Shown one piece after another: positions 14,599 through 22,218 of a stretch of DNA of 24,000 bases (position 1 is the first letter of the stretch; every line of letters begins with the position of its first letter). The position numbers and the translations under genes are program-made. The notes below the pieces were generated by a model. It was not told the DNA's origin. It saw only the letters and a list, made by a program, of their open reading frames with translations, and did no database searches. The DNA is from Methanocorpusculum sp. (GTDB lineage: Archaea > Halobacteriota > Methanomicrobia > Methanomicrobiales > Methanocorpusculaceae), in assembly GCA_017387505.1 (NCBI GenBank), contig JAFOFB010000015.1:139469-163468 (forward strand), written 5' to 3'.

Positions 14599-15426
14599 TC
14601 AGTATTCAATAATTTTTGCCGATGCTTCGAACTGTTCGGTAGTTAAATTGTAAACGGCATCGAAGAATGCAGGCTTGAATGTGCCTGGCCCTGCACAAAT
14701 CGCTGCCGCTTTTTCTCCGGCGATTCCAAGGGCACACATTGCAGAAGCACATGCATCAACTGTTTCTGCAACACAGCATGCTGCGGCAACGCACGGGTTT
14801 GCCATACATCCTGTACCTGAGATGCTTCCCATCAAAGGCACTCCGTTTTTCACGCCAAGAGTTCGAACGCCGTCTGTGATGATGTCTTCTGCTCCGCTCA
14901 TGACAACAGTAACTCCGCATTCGCGTGCAAGGCTGCGTGCTGCATCCTTTGCATCTCCTTCGATACCTGCAGAATCAACTCCGCGAACCTTTGCGGCAAC
15001 GCCTGCGAGCACACCAATCTCTCCTGCATTTCCTTTCACCACAGCAATCGGCAATTCTTCCATAAACCTCTCCGCAGTTTGTGTACGATATGGAGTTGCT
15101 CCAGCCCCTACCGGATCGAGGATAATTGGTATGTTTCTTTTCGCGGCAGTCTCTCCTGCGGCAAGCATTCCCTCAATCTGGTTCTCATCAAGTGTTCCGA
15201 TATTTAGAACGAGTGCGCTTGCGATATTGTCAAGATCAATGACATCTTTTGGCGCATGCGACATAACTGGTGCCGCGCCAAAACAGATAGTCATGTTGGC
15301 ACAGTCGTTTACCGTTACGTAGTTCGTAATCTGATGAACAAGAGGGTTTGCTCCCCTCACCAATTCCAGAATCTGAGAATACTTCTTCATGTCTCGAATC
15401 TCAGAAATATTGTATGTGCTCATCAT
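14599..15426 (-). CDS. thiM: Hydroxyethylthiazole kinase
   Basis: NPLVHQITNYVTVNDCANMTICFGAAPVM, VLNIGT, ILDPVGAGAT, ISGTGCM. The stop is 2 nt before the thiE start. An alternative start at ATG 15390 (MKKYSQ...) is possible. Confidence 0.9.
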   Translation of the reverse strand: MMSTYNISEIRDMKKYSQILELVRGANPLVHQITNYVTVNDCANMTICFGAAPVMSHAPKDVIDLDNIASALVLNIGTLDENQIEGMLAAGETAAKRNIPIILDPVGAGATPYRTQTAERFMEELPIAVVKGNAGEIGVLAGVAAKVRGVDSAGIEGDAKDAARSLARECGVTVVMSGAEDIITDGVRTLGVKNGVPLMGSISGTGCMANPCVAAACCVAETVDACASAMCALGIAGEKAAAICAGPGTFKPAFFDAVYNLTTEQFEASAKIIEY

Positions 15427-15467
15427 GTATAATCGTGATAGATTCGAATGTACAATCGTGATAAATT
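15427..15467. promoter_or_regulatory. Two 18-bp direct repeats in the divergent thiM / hmgA intergenic region (candidate operator)
   Basis: GTATAATCGTGATAGATT (15427-15444) and GTACAATCGTGATAAATT (15450-15467) match at 16/18 with a period of 23 bp. They lie between a TATA-like AATAATTTAT (minus-strand sense) and the thiM start. Confidence 0.3.
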
Positions 15468-15516
15468 ATTGGGCTAAGGCGAATGCTATTTAGTATTTCC
15501 ATGCATATAGTTTCTC

Positions 15517-16710
15517 ATGGATAATCCGCAGGAAATGCTGCGTACCGGTGAGCTGAAACTCTATGCTCTGGAAAAATATATGGAAGCAGATGAGGCAGTA
15601 AAAATCCGGCGTGAATATATTGAAGAGATAACAGGTGCTAATCTGTCTTCAGTCGGCAAATATACAATCCCGATCGACCGTGTAGTCTCACGCAATATAG
15701 AAAATATGATTGGCTGTGTTCAGATTCCTCTTGGAACTGCAGGTCCTCTTTCTGTAAACGGTGAGTATGCCAAAGGTTCATTCTGGATTCCGCTTGCAAC
15801 AACAGAAGGGGCACTTATTGCATCAATTAACCGCGGATGCAGTGCGATTTCAAAAGCAGGAGGGGCAGATGTTCGTATTTTCCATGATGCAATGACCAGA
15901 GCTCCTGTCTTTGCCGCAAAAAATATCCTGCATGCGGCAGACTCAGTTCGCTGGATTGAGGAGAACTTCTCTGCAATAAAAGAGGCTGCAGAGAAGACAA
16001 CATCTCATGGAAAACTTGAAAGTATTTCCACATACACTGCCGGAACAAGCGTGTATGTCAGGATGTCATACAAAACAGGCGATGCTATGGGGATGAATAT
16101 GGCAACAATTGCCTCAGAAGCCGCGTCAAAAATAATCGAAGAGGCAACGGGTCTTCGGCTTATCGCATCAGCCGGGAATATGTGCTGCGACAAAAAACCA
16201 GCAGCGATAAATGCCGTTGAAGGCAGAGGCAAAACAGTTTCAGCAGGTGTTTTCTTATCAGATGAACTTATCCGTACTGTTCTGAAAACCGAAGCCGGGC
16301 TTTTAATCGAAGTAAATATGAGAAAGAATCTGGTGGGTTCTGCAAGGGCTGGAGCACTTGGATTCAATGCTCATGCAGCAAATGTGGTTGCAGCCCTTTT
16401 CCTTGCCTGCGGACAGGACGCAGCACATGTTGTTGAGGGAAGTAACTGCATTACAACTGCCGAGGCAGTCGATGGCGGAGTTTATGTTTCTGTCACTCTT
16501 CCATCACTTCAGGTTGGAACAGTCGGAGGCGGCACTTCTGTTGCCTGTCAGAATGAATGTCTTAGAATGCTTGACTGCGCAGGAGACGGTAAAGCAATGA
16601 AGTTTGCAGAAATTGCGGCCTCTGCAGTTTTAGCAGGAGAACTCTCTCTTCTTTCCGCCCTTGCCGCAGGACAGCTCGGGAAAGCTCATAAAGAGCTTGG
16701 TAGAGGGTAA
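15517..16710 (+). CDS. hmgA: 3-hydroxy-3-methylglutaryl-CoA reductase, class I (archaeal mevalonate pathway)
   Basis: 397 aa. TTEGALIASINRGC, DAMGMNM, GTVGGGT are hallmark HMGR motifs. A TATA-like TATTTAG lies about 30 nt upstream of the ATG. Confidence 0.9.
   Translation: MDNPQEMLRTGELKLYALEKYMEADEAVKIRREYIEEITGANLSSVGKYTIPIDRVVSRNIENMIGCVQIPLGTAGPLSVNGEYAKGSFWIPLATTEGALIASINRGCSAISKAGGADVRIFHDAMTRAPVFAAKNILHAADSVRWIEENFSAIKEAAEKTTSHGKLESISTYTAGTSVYVRMSYKTGDAMGMNMATIASEAASKIIEEATGLRLIASAGNMCCDKKPAAINAVEGRGKTVSAGVFLSDELIRTVLKTEAGLLIEVNMRKNLVGSARAGALGFNAHAANVVAALFLACGQDAAHVVEGSNCITTAEAVDGGVYVSVTLPSLQVGTVGGGTSVACQNECLRMLDCAGDGKAMKFAEIAASAVLAGELSLLSALAAGQLGKAHKELGRG
16692..16710 (+). repeat. 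Direct repeat copy 1: last 16 nt of hmgA plus its TAA stop (AGAGCTTGGTAGAGGGTAA)
   Basis: Perfect 19/19 identity with 16768-16786. Confidence 0.9.
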
Positions 16711-16767
16711 CTGGAGCTAAGGCGAAAGCCGCATGCTCCACAGGCGTCGCGGAGATATGGGCGATTG
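16711..16767 (+). other. 57-bp GC-rich insert between the hmgA 3'-end duplicates; possible small structured RNA or insertion scar
   Basis: Hand count is 35/57 G+C (about 61%), above the ~47% of the surroundings. It can fold as GGAGC-UAA-GGC-GAAA-GCC-GCAU-GCUCC (16713-16739), a GNRA-capped hairpin. No tRNA, C/D or H/ACA features. Confidence 0.25.
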
Positions 16768-16786
16768 AGAGCTTGGTAGAGGGTAA
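16768..16786 (+). repeat. Direct repeat copy 2 (AGAGCTTGGTAGAGGGTAA), non-coding, immediately followed by a T-rich tract
   Basis: Perfect 19/19 identity with 16692-16710. An in-frame TGA (16766-16768) overlaps its first base, so it is not a coding extension. Confidence 0.9.
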
Positions 16787-16802
16787 TTTTTATTCTTTTT
16801 TT
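16787..16802 (+). terminator. T5 plus T7 tracts after the second hmgA 3'-end copy
   Basis: TTTTTATTCTTTTTTT directly follows repeat copy 2. It overlaps the 3' end of the convergent flavodoxin gene. Confidence 0.45.
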
Positions 16803-17278
16803 AGTGAATTAATCAGCGGCATTACTGCATCGCGTGATACATGATTCTGATGTAAATCCAGTTTGTTCCTCATAGAGGAGTTAATCATCTTCAGCAGGAT
16901 TTTGTGTCCCAAGGTCAGATTTTTGTATTCAAGTGCTCCCTGGAAATGGAACGTCTCTGCATGCTTCATCATCGAATCAGTGTAGTTCTTTTCAAGCAGG
17001 TCTGCCAGAATTTTCTCAGCATTTGGAGGTGTGATTCCAACTGTGAAAACAATCAGCCGTTTATCTTTTAGGATATGCATATTTTCTGAAATTTTTGCGA
17101 TTCCCATAATCGCCCCGCCAAAAACTGCCCCTCCAAATATAACTGTATCATATGATGCAAAGTTTTCAGCCGGGAAACTGTCTGCCCTAAAGATATCTGC
17201 ACCAAGCTCTTCAGCAATCCATTCTGCATACTGCTTTGTGCTTCCGTATTTTGACATATAGAGAACGACTGCGTTCAT
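16790..17278 (-). CDS. Flavodoxin-domain protein
   Basis: 162 aa. N-terminal FMN-loop-like VVLYMSKYGSTKQYAEWIAEEL, then TVIFGGAVFGG and LIVFTVG, a short-chain flavodoxin-like layout. Confidence 0.65.
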   Translation of the reverse strand: MNAVVLYMSKYGSTKQYAEWIAEELGADIFRADSFPAENFASYDTVIFGGAVFGGAIMGIAKISENMHILKDKRLIVFTVGITPPNAEKILADLLEKNYTDSMMKHAETFHFQGALEYKNLTLGHKILLKMINSSMRNKLDLHQNHVSRDAVMPLINSLKKE

Positions 17279-17320
17279 GTATAGGGTAAATTACGGCGGC
17301 TGCTGGTATAAGTTTATGGT

Positions 17321-17327
17321 AAAAAAA
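17321..17327 (-). terminator. T7 tract after the radical SAM gene
   Basis: A7 on the plus strand equals T7 on the coding strand, about 17 nt past the stop. A TATA-like ATAAACTTATA for the flavodoxin gene follows. Confidence 0.45.
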
Positions 17328-17343
17328 GTGTGATTGTTTTTAT

Positions 17344-18720
17344 TTATTCTACTGCGGCCATTTTTGCTGCACGATTCTCTTTCCAGAGTTCATCTGCATG
17401 TTTGCCCCATGCTTCAGAGACCGGCTCACACTTTGCGGCTAAATCATGAACATCCTCCGGGGCCTGAACGTCAGTGGATTTTGCTCCGGATTTTTCCACC
17501 ATCTCGACTAATTTATGCGGATTGTCGAGACATGGGCATGGACGGAGGTGGTTTTTGTTGAAAGGCTGGTTTGCATGGTACTGCATAAACAGTGGTGACT
17601 TGTATGCTTCAAGCAGAGTTTTCTCTCTGATGTTTGAGTCTGAGTAGTGAATGAATGCACACGGTTCGATATCTCCGTTTGCATTGATGTGGAGATAGAA
17701 TCTGCCTCCTGCAACACATCCGTTTACATACTCTCCGTCATTCCAGAAGTCGAGAGCAAAGATTGGTCTTGTCTCTCTGACGTGTCTTACAAAGCGGTAC
17801 ATGTGTTCCCTCTGCTTCGGGCTTGCGATAAGTTCCGGTACTGCATCGCGTCCAACAGGCATGTAGGTGAAGAACCATGCAAACTTTGCTCCCTTCTCAA
17901 TCATGTCATCGATGAATGCATCGTTTCCGATTGCTTCAACATTTTTACTTGTGTAACAGCAGGAGATTCCAAATGGAAGTTTGTTGCGTTTGAGAATCTC
18001 CATTCCCTTTGTAAGACGCTCGTAGACATTTTCACCGCGGCGTTCGTTGGTTGCCTTGGCATCTCCTTCGACACTGATTGCCGGAATGAAGTTTCCAACA
18101 CGAAGCATCTCCTGTGCGAACTCCTCATCGATTAAGGTGCCGTTTGTGAATGATAAGAAGATGCAGTCACTGTGCTTTTCGCACATCTTGATGATGTCCT
18201 TCTTCCTGACAAGCGGCTCACCTCCGGAGTAGATGAAGAAGTATGTTCCCATCTCCTTAGCCTGAGTGATAATCGAATCCCACTCTTCTAAGGTGAGCTT
18301 CATCTGGTGACCATACTCAGCGGCCCAGCATCCAACACACTTTAAGTTGCAGGCGGATGTCGGGTCCATCAAAATAGCCCATGGGATATTGCATCCCTCC
18401 TCCTCACGGAGACGGATTTTCTTCTCGCGTCCAAGGATGACGGAGTTTACAATAAAATTCTCAAAAACTTTCTTTCTGACATCATCGTCAACATCTGAAT
18501 ACAGGTCGCGGACAAACTTGTACCATACTCCATCTTTATCAGATAAGACACGTTTGACGGTTGGAAGCGGACCATCTTCAATTAAGGTCTTATCTTTATC
18601 GAACTTCTCAACCCAGTCGAGAACCTTTGGGATATTCTCATCCGGGTTTGAATCAAGATAATTCAGAATCCGTCTGATTCCAAATGCCTGAAGTCTCTGT
18701 TTCATACTAATATCGGACAT
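17344..18720 (-). CDS. Radical SAM enzyme with Cys-rich C-terminal (SPASM-like) region; substrate unknown
   Basis: CX3CX2C motif in TSACNLKCVGCWA, GGEPL SAM-binding motif. C-terminal Cys set NGCVAGG...GDIEPCAF...RPCPC. The ORF-track start is a TTG at 18729; ATG 18720 (MSDISMKQ...) is more conventional. Confidence 0.8.
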   Translation of the reverse strand: MSDISMKQRLQAFGIRRILNYLDSNPDENIPKVLDWVEKFDKDKTLIEDGPLPTVKRVLSDKDGVWYKFVRDLYSDVDDDVRKKVFENFIVNSVILGREKKIRLREEEGCNIPWAILMDPTSACNLKCVGCWAAEYGHQMKLTLEEWDSIITQAKEMGTYFFIYSGGEPLVRKKDIIKMCEKHSDCIFLSFTNGTLIDEEFAQEMLRVGNFIPAISVEGDAKATNERRGENVYERLTKGMEILKRNKLPFGISCCYTSKNVEAIGNDAFIDDMIEKGAKFAWFFTYMPVGRDAVPELIASPKQREHMYRFVRHVRETRPIFALDFWNDGEYVNGCVAGGRFYLHINANGDIEPCAFIHYSDSNIREKTLLEAYKSPLFMQYHANQPFNKNHLRPCPCLDNPHKLVEMVEKSGAKSTDVQAPEDVHDLAAKCEPVSEAWGKHADELWKENRAAKMAAVE

Positions 18721-18844
18721 AATTATCAACTATTTCAAGTCTGTAATTAGAGATTTGTGTCATTTGTATATATACTTGCTGTAAGCATACATATTTATAT
18801 GTGGTTGGAATTCGACGCACTATTTTGACAAAGATATGGTGCAG

Positions 18845-18852
18845 AAAAAAAA
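18845..18852 (-). terminator. T8 tract after the NSS transporter gene
   Basis: A8 on the plus strand equals T8 on the coding strand, 14 nt past the stop. Confidence 0.5.
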
Positions 18853-18865
18853 CAGAAGGGGGGTG

Positions 18866-20206
18866 TTAGAACATTTCGATGATGTTGGTTACAAGGATGA
18901 TGATGATACAGACTGGACAGATAATCTTAATCAGAACCATCATTCCATAACGCAGGGGCGATTTTTCTTTGAGGTTCATCTCATCTAAAATAATCTTCGG
19001 GCGTGAGAAGTATCCAACCAGAAGACAGATTAACAGAACCATTAACGGGAGAAGAATTGTACCGCTTACGAAGTCGAATATCTCGAGAAGGTACATATCG
19101 CCGATGCGAATCCAGTCGAGCACTCCGTATCCAAGTGAGATGATTCCGGCAACAATAAAGACATAGATGCCCATTATGAGAACTCCCTTGAGACGTGAGA
19201 ATCCAAGCCTGTCTTTGAGTGCAGTAACCACCACTTCAAACTCAGCAATCGTAGAGGTTAAGGCGGCAAATGCGAGCAGGATGAAGAATGCGCATCCGGT
19301 TAGTGTGCCAAACGGCATCATGGAAAATACCAGCGGCAGTGATTCGAAAAGTCCGCCGGAACCGATTGCTGCCGGATTGCCGGCGGTATAGAGGTAACTT
19401 GCCGGAACAATGAGTGCTCCGGATAGCATGGAGACGATGAAGGTGAAGAATACTGCAGAGCCTGAGGATTTGAAGATGTTGGCCTTTTTGTTCAGGTACG
19501 AACCGAAGGTAACCATTACTCCAAGCCCAAGTGACAGCGAATAGAACACCTGTCCAAGTGCTGCCAGAACTGAATCTGCACCGAAGTTTTCCGGATGAGG
19601 AGCTAAGAAGTAGACAAGACCATCTATTGCTCCCGGAAGACTTAAGCAGTCATAGACCAGAATTGCGATTAAGATAATCTCCATTGGAAGAACTACTTTG
19701 CAGACGCGCTCAATACCTCCCTGCACTCCGCAATAGACAATAATTCCGGCAATTATAATATAGAATCCGAGCCATAAAAGCGGCTCAAAGGTTGATGCGA
19801 TATATGCAGAGTAGAATCCGGGAGAGGCTGCCTCCGCTCCTGCTCCCGAAAGATACATGAATCCATATTTGGTAATATTGGCGCCTAGAACGGCAAAATA
19901 CGGCTGACTGAGCGCACAGACAACGATGCAGGTTACCCCTAAGAATTTGAACTTAGGGTTTAGATTGGTGAATGCATCAAGAACACCAAGTCCGGTTCGT
20001 CTGCCGATGGCAAACTCAACAGCCATCAGGGCGATTCCAAATGTCAAAAGAATAGTCAGGTAACAAAGGATGAATAGTCCTCCGCCGTGCTCGGCGGTAA
20101 GGTAAGGGAATCGCCATATACATCCAAGACCGACGGCTGTCCCTGCTGCAGTCAGAATAAATCCCAGTGAATCGCTGAATCCTCCGCGTCCTCCATCATC
20201 TGACAT
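18866..20206 (-). CDS. Sodium-dependent transporter, neurotransmitter:sodium symporter (SNF/NSS) family
   Basis: 446 aa, polytopic. N-terminal signature AAGTAVGLGCIWRFPYLTAEHGGG. A T8 run follows on the coding strand. Confidence 0.85.
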   Translation of the reverse strand: MSDDGGRGGFSDSLGFILTAAGTAVGLGCIWRFPYLTAEHGGGLFILCYLTILLTFGIALMAVEFAIGRRTGLGVLDAFTNLNPKFKFLGVTCIVVCALSQPYFAVLGANITKYGFMYLSGAGAEAASPGFYSAYIASTFEPLLWLGFYIIIAGIIVYCGVQGGIERVCKVVLPMEIILIAILVYDCLSLPGAIDGLVYFLAPHPENFGADSVLAALGQVFYSLSLGLGVMVTFGSYLNKKANIFKSSGSAVFFTFIVSMLSGALIVPASYLYTAGNPAAIGSGGLFESLPLVFSMMPFGTLTGCAFFILLAFAALTSTIAEFEVVVTALKDRLGFSRLKGVLIMGIYVFIVAGIISLGYGVLDWIRIGDMYLLEIFDFVSGTILLPLMVLLICLLVGYFSRPKIILDEMNLKEKSPLRYGMMVLIKIICPVCIIIILVTNIIEMF

Positions 20207-20245
20207 ATAGTGTCATTGACCGCAGGAGAATATAAAATAAGATGG

Positions 20246-21898
20246 TTAGTTTTTGATTTTACGTGAACGGGCACGCATTGTCCAGAAGACAACGATAATA
20301 ATTATGACTGCGGCAACGTATGCGAGAATCGGAATAAAGCTCATTGTGAAGTTCTGGCTCATCACAACAAGGGACAGACCTATAACTATTGATGCCATCA
20401 TAAGTCCGATTACAAGTTTGTCAACCGAACTGCTGATAGTATCGCTAAGTCTTCCAACTTCTTTTGCGGCAATGTCTACTTTGAGTTTTCCTTCAGATGC
20501 CATCTCAAGAACTCCGCTTAACTGCTTTGGAACATTTGCGAGGTCTTCGAACTTCATCTTCGCTTCAAGCATACGCTTTTGCATGTTGTCCGGGCTTTTG
20601 ATATCGTCAGCTAAAATCTGTTTCAAGAACGGCTGTGCCTCGTCAACAAATTTAAGCTCAGGGTCAAGAGTGAATGCAATGTTTGAGACTAGCATCAGGG
20701 CCTTTAAGAGCTGCATGATGTTCTGCGGGATCCTGATATTGTATGTCTGGAAAAGCTCCTGCACAGTTTCTAAGAGTGCCGAGAAGTTCATGCGGCTTCC
20801 CATCTCTTTGAAATCCTGAAGTGCAAGATAGAGTTCGGACCTTACTTCTTCATATCCTTCCTGCGGGATTTTGATGTTTAAGTTTTTGATGCACCGAAGA
20901 GTTAAGTCAGTGTCAGCAGAGAAGAGAGCAAGCATCAAAGATATGAACTTGTTTCTCATATCCTTCATCAAAACTCCGCATACTCCAAAGTCGAGGAATA
21001 CAATTTCTCCTTTCGGAGACACCTGAATGTTTCCTGCGTGAGGGTCTCCATGATAGAATCCGTCCTGGAAAATCTGAATCATGAATGCTTTGAGACCTAA
21101 GTTTGCAAGCTCTTTTGTGTCAATTCCGTGAGCTCTGATAGTCTCCACATCATCACTTCTAAAACCGGAAACAAACTCCATTGCCAGAAGTTCGCGTCCT
21201 GAGTATTCCCAGTAGATTTTTGGAACTTTGATTCTTGGAAGACCTGAGTTTTTCATATTCCGGGCAAGACGCTCTGCGTTTGAACCGTCCCTTGTAAAGT
21301 CAAGCTCTTTTTTGATCTGTACTCCGAAGTCTTCAACCAGAGCCACAGGATTATACATCCGAAGCTCAGGCTTTCTCTCTTCGATGAGTTTTGCAATCGA
21401 GCGAAGAAGTCCTATGTCCTGCTCGATTTTTTCAGAAATTTTTGGTCTCTGAACTTTGAGAGCGATTACTGTTCCATCCAGCGTTACAGCACGGTAAACC
21501 TGTGAGATGGATGCTGCTGCAAGAGGTTTGGGGTCGATTGAGGTGAAGAGGTCACGCCAGTCCGGAATATAGTTGTCAAGGGTAGGGATTACTTCATCGA
21601 ACGGAACTACACCTACTCTGTCCTGCAGTTTGGAGAGTTCTGCAATCATCTCCTGCGGGAACAGTTCGGTTCTGGTACTCATGAGCTGACCGAATTTGAC
21701 AAAGGTTGGACCTAAGTCTTCGAGAGCCATGCGGAATCTTGCATATGCAGAATACGCACTGTACTCTTCTGCCTGATTCTTTTTCGCAGTTCTGGAGACG
21801 GCGGCTCCGGGGAATAGCTCATTTAAGTAGAAACCGAATCCGTATTTTACCAACACATCGGCAATTTGTCCATATCGTCGAAGACTTGTGTATCCCAT
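20246..21898 (-). CDS. ABC1/UbiB (AarF) family atypical kinase with C-terminal transmembrane helices
   Basis: ATG 21898 (MGYTSLRRYGQIADVLVKYGFG...) matches the family N-terminus and is preceded by AAGGT. The 30-codon extension to 21988 looks non-homologous. Motifs GPTFVKFGQ, AAASISQVYRA, ALKVQRP, YHGDPHAGN, FLDFG. Confidence 0.85.
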   Translation of the reverse strand: MGYTSLRRYGQIADVLVKYGFGFYLNELFPGAAVSRTAKKNQAEEYSAYSAYARFRMALEDLGPTFVKFGQLMSTRTELFPQEMIAELSKLQDRVGVVPFDEVIPTLDNYIPDWRDLFTSIDPKPLAAASISQVYRAVTLDGTVIALKVQRPKISEKIEQDIGLLRSIAKLIEERKPELRMYNPVALVEDFGVQIKKELDFTRDGSNAERLARNMKNSGLPRIKVPKIYWEYSGRELLAMEFVSGFRSDDVETIRAHGIDTKELANLGLKAFMIQIFQDGFYHGDPHAGNIQVSPKGEIVFLDFGVCGVLMKDMRNKFISLMLALFSADTDLTLRCIKNLNIKIPQEGYEEVRSELYLALQDFKEMGSRMNFSALLETVQELFQTYNIRIPQNIMQLLKALMLVSNIAFTLDPELKFVDEAQPFLKQILADDIKSPDNMQKRMLEAKMKFEDLANVPKQLSGVLEMASEGKLKVDIAAKEVGRLSDTISSSVDKLVIGLMMASIVIGLSLVVMSQNFTMSFIPILAYVAAVIIIIVVFWTMRARSRKIKN

Positions 21899-22057
21899 TT
21901 TGACCTTAGTAAAGTATGTTCTCCGCGTAGGTAAAAATAGTATCTTTTCAGGAATTATTTTGCAGATGTATGTATCAGGCTGACCCATCCGTGAGATTCT
22001 TATTCTAGAGAGGGCAATATATCTATGCCTTAAATCTTAAGGAAGGAATGATTTAAA

Positions 22058-22213
22058 ATGGACAAATTCCGCTGTTTAATCTGTGGATATGTATACGACC
22101 CTGAAAAGGGAGCAGGAATCATGTACCCGGCAGGAACCGAGTTTGAAGCCCTTCCGGACACCTGGAAATGCCCTGTCTGCGCTGCAGGAAAAGCCCAGTT
22201 TAAAAAGGTGTAA
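22058..22213 (+). CDS. rub: Rubredoxin
   Basis: Below the ORF-track size cut-off. Hand translation gives [51 protein letters not shown] (51 aa) with the two CxxC pairs and aromatic core of rubredoxin. AAGGAAGGAA lies upstream of the ATG. Confidence 0.9.
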   Translation: MDKFRCLICGYVYDPEKGAGIMYPAGTEFEALPDTWKCPVCAAGKAQFKKV

Positions 22214-22218
22214 TTCAG

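Noticed and set aside
14675-15322. 215-aa plus-strand ORF (with 14679..14879) opposite thiM
   Set aside because: Ala/Pro/Ser-rich sequence with no recognisable motif, entirely antisense to a confidently identified thiM. It is a typical shadow ORF.
15427-15516. TPP riboswitch upstream of thiM
   Set aside because: No CUGAGA or conserved thi-box helices on the thiM strand. The region is only 90 bp and is dominated by direct repeats and TATA-like elements.
15470-16737. Shared motif TGG(A)GCTAAGGCGAA...TGCT upstream (15470-15487) and downstream (16712-16737) of hmgA, suggesting direct repeats around the gene
   Set aside because: The exact match is only 11 nt (GCTAAGGCGAA). By my estimate, 11-mer coincidences are expected many times over in a 24-kb window, and the flanks align only with a 7-nt indel. 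Not significant on its own.
16711-16786. The 57-bp insert plus repeat as a tRNA, C/D-box or H/ACA sRNA
   Set aside because: It lacks a T-arm (GTTCGAATC-like), a D-arm and a 7-bp acceptor stem. It has no RUGAUGA/CUGA boxes. The hairpin is followed by ACA but is only 27 nt, with an internal loop too small for a pseudouridylation pocket.
20253-20819. 188-aa plus-strand ORF opposite the UbiB/ABC1 kinase gene
   Set aside because: Low-complexity Ser/Ile-rich antisense shadow. The minus-strand gene carries clear kinase motifs.
22028-22042. Palindrome CCTTAA-ATC-TTAAGG overlapping the rubredoxin ribosome-binding region
   Set aside because: A 6-bp perfect inverted repeat with a short spacer is expected dozens of times by chance in 24 kb. 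Noted only as a possible operator if it proves conserved.
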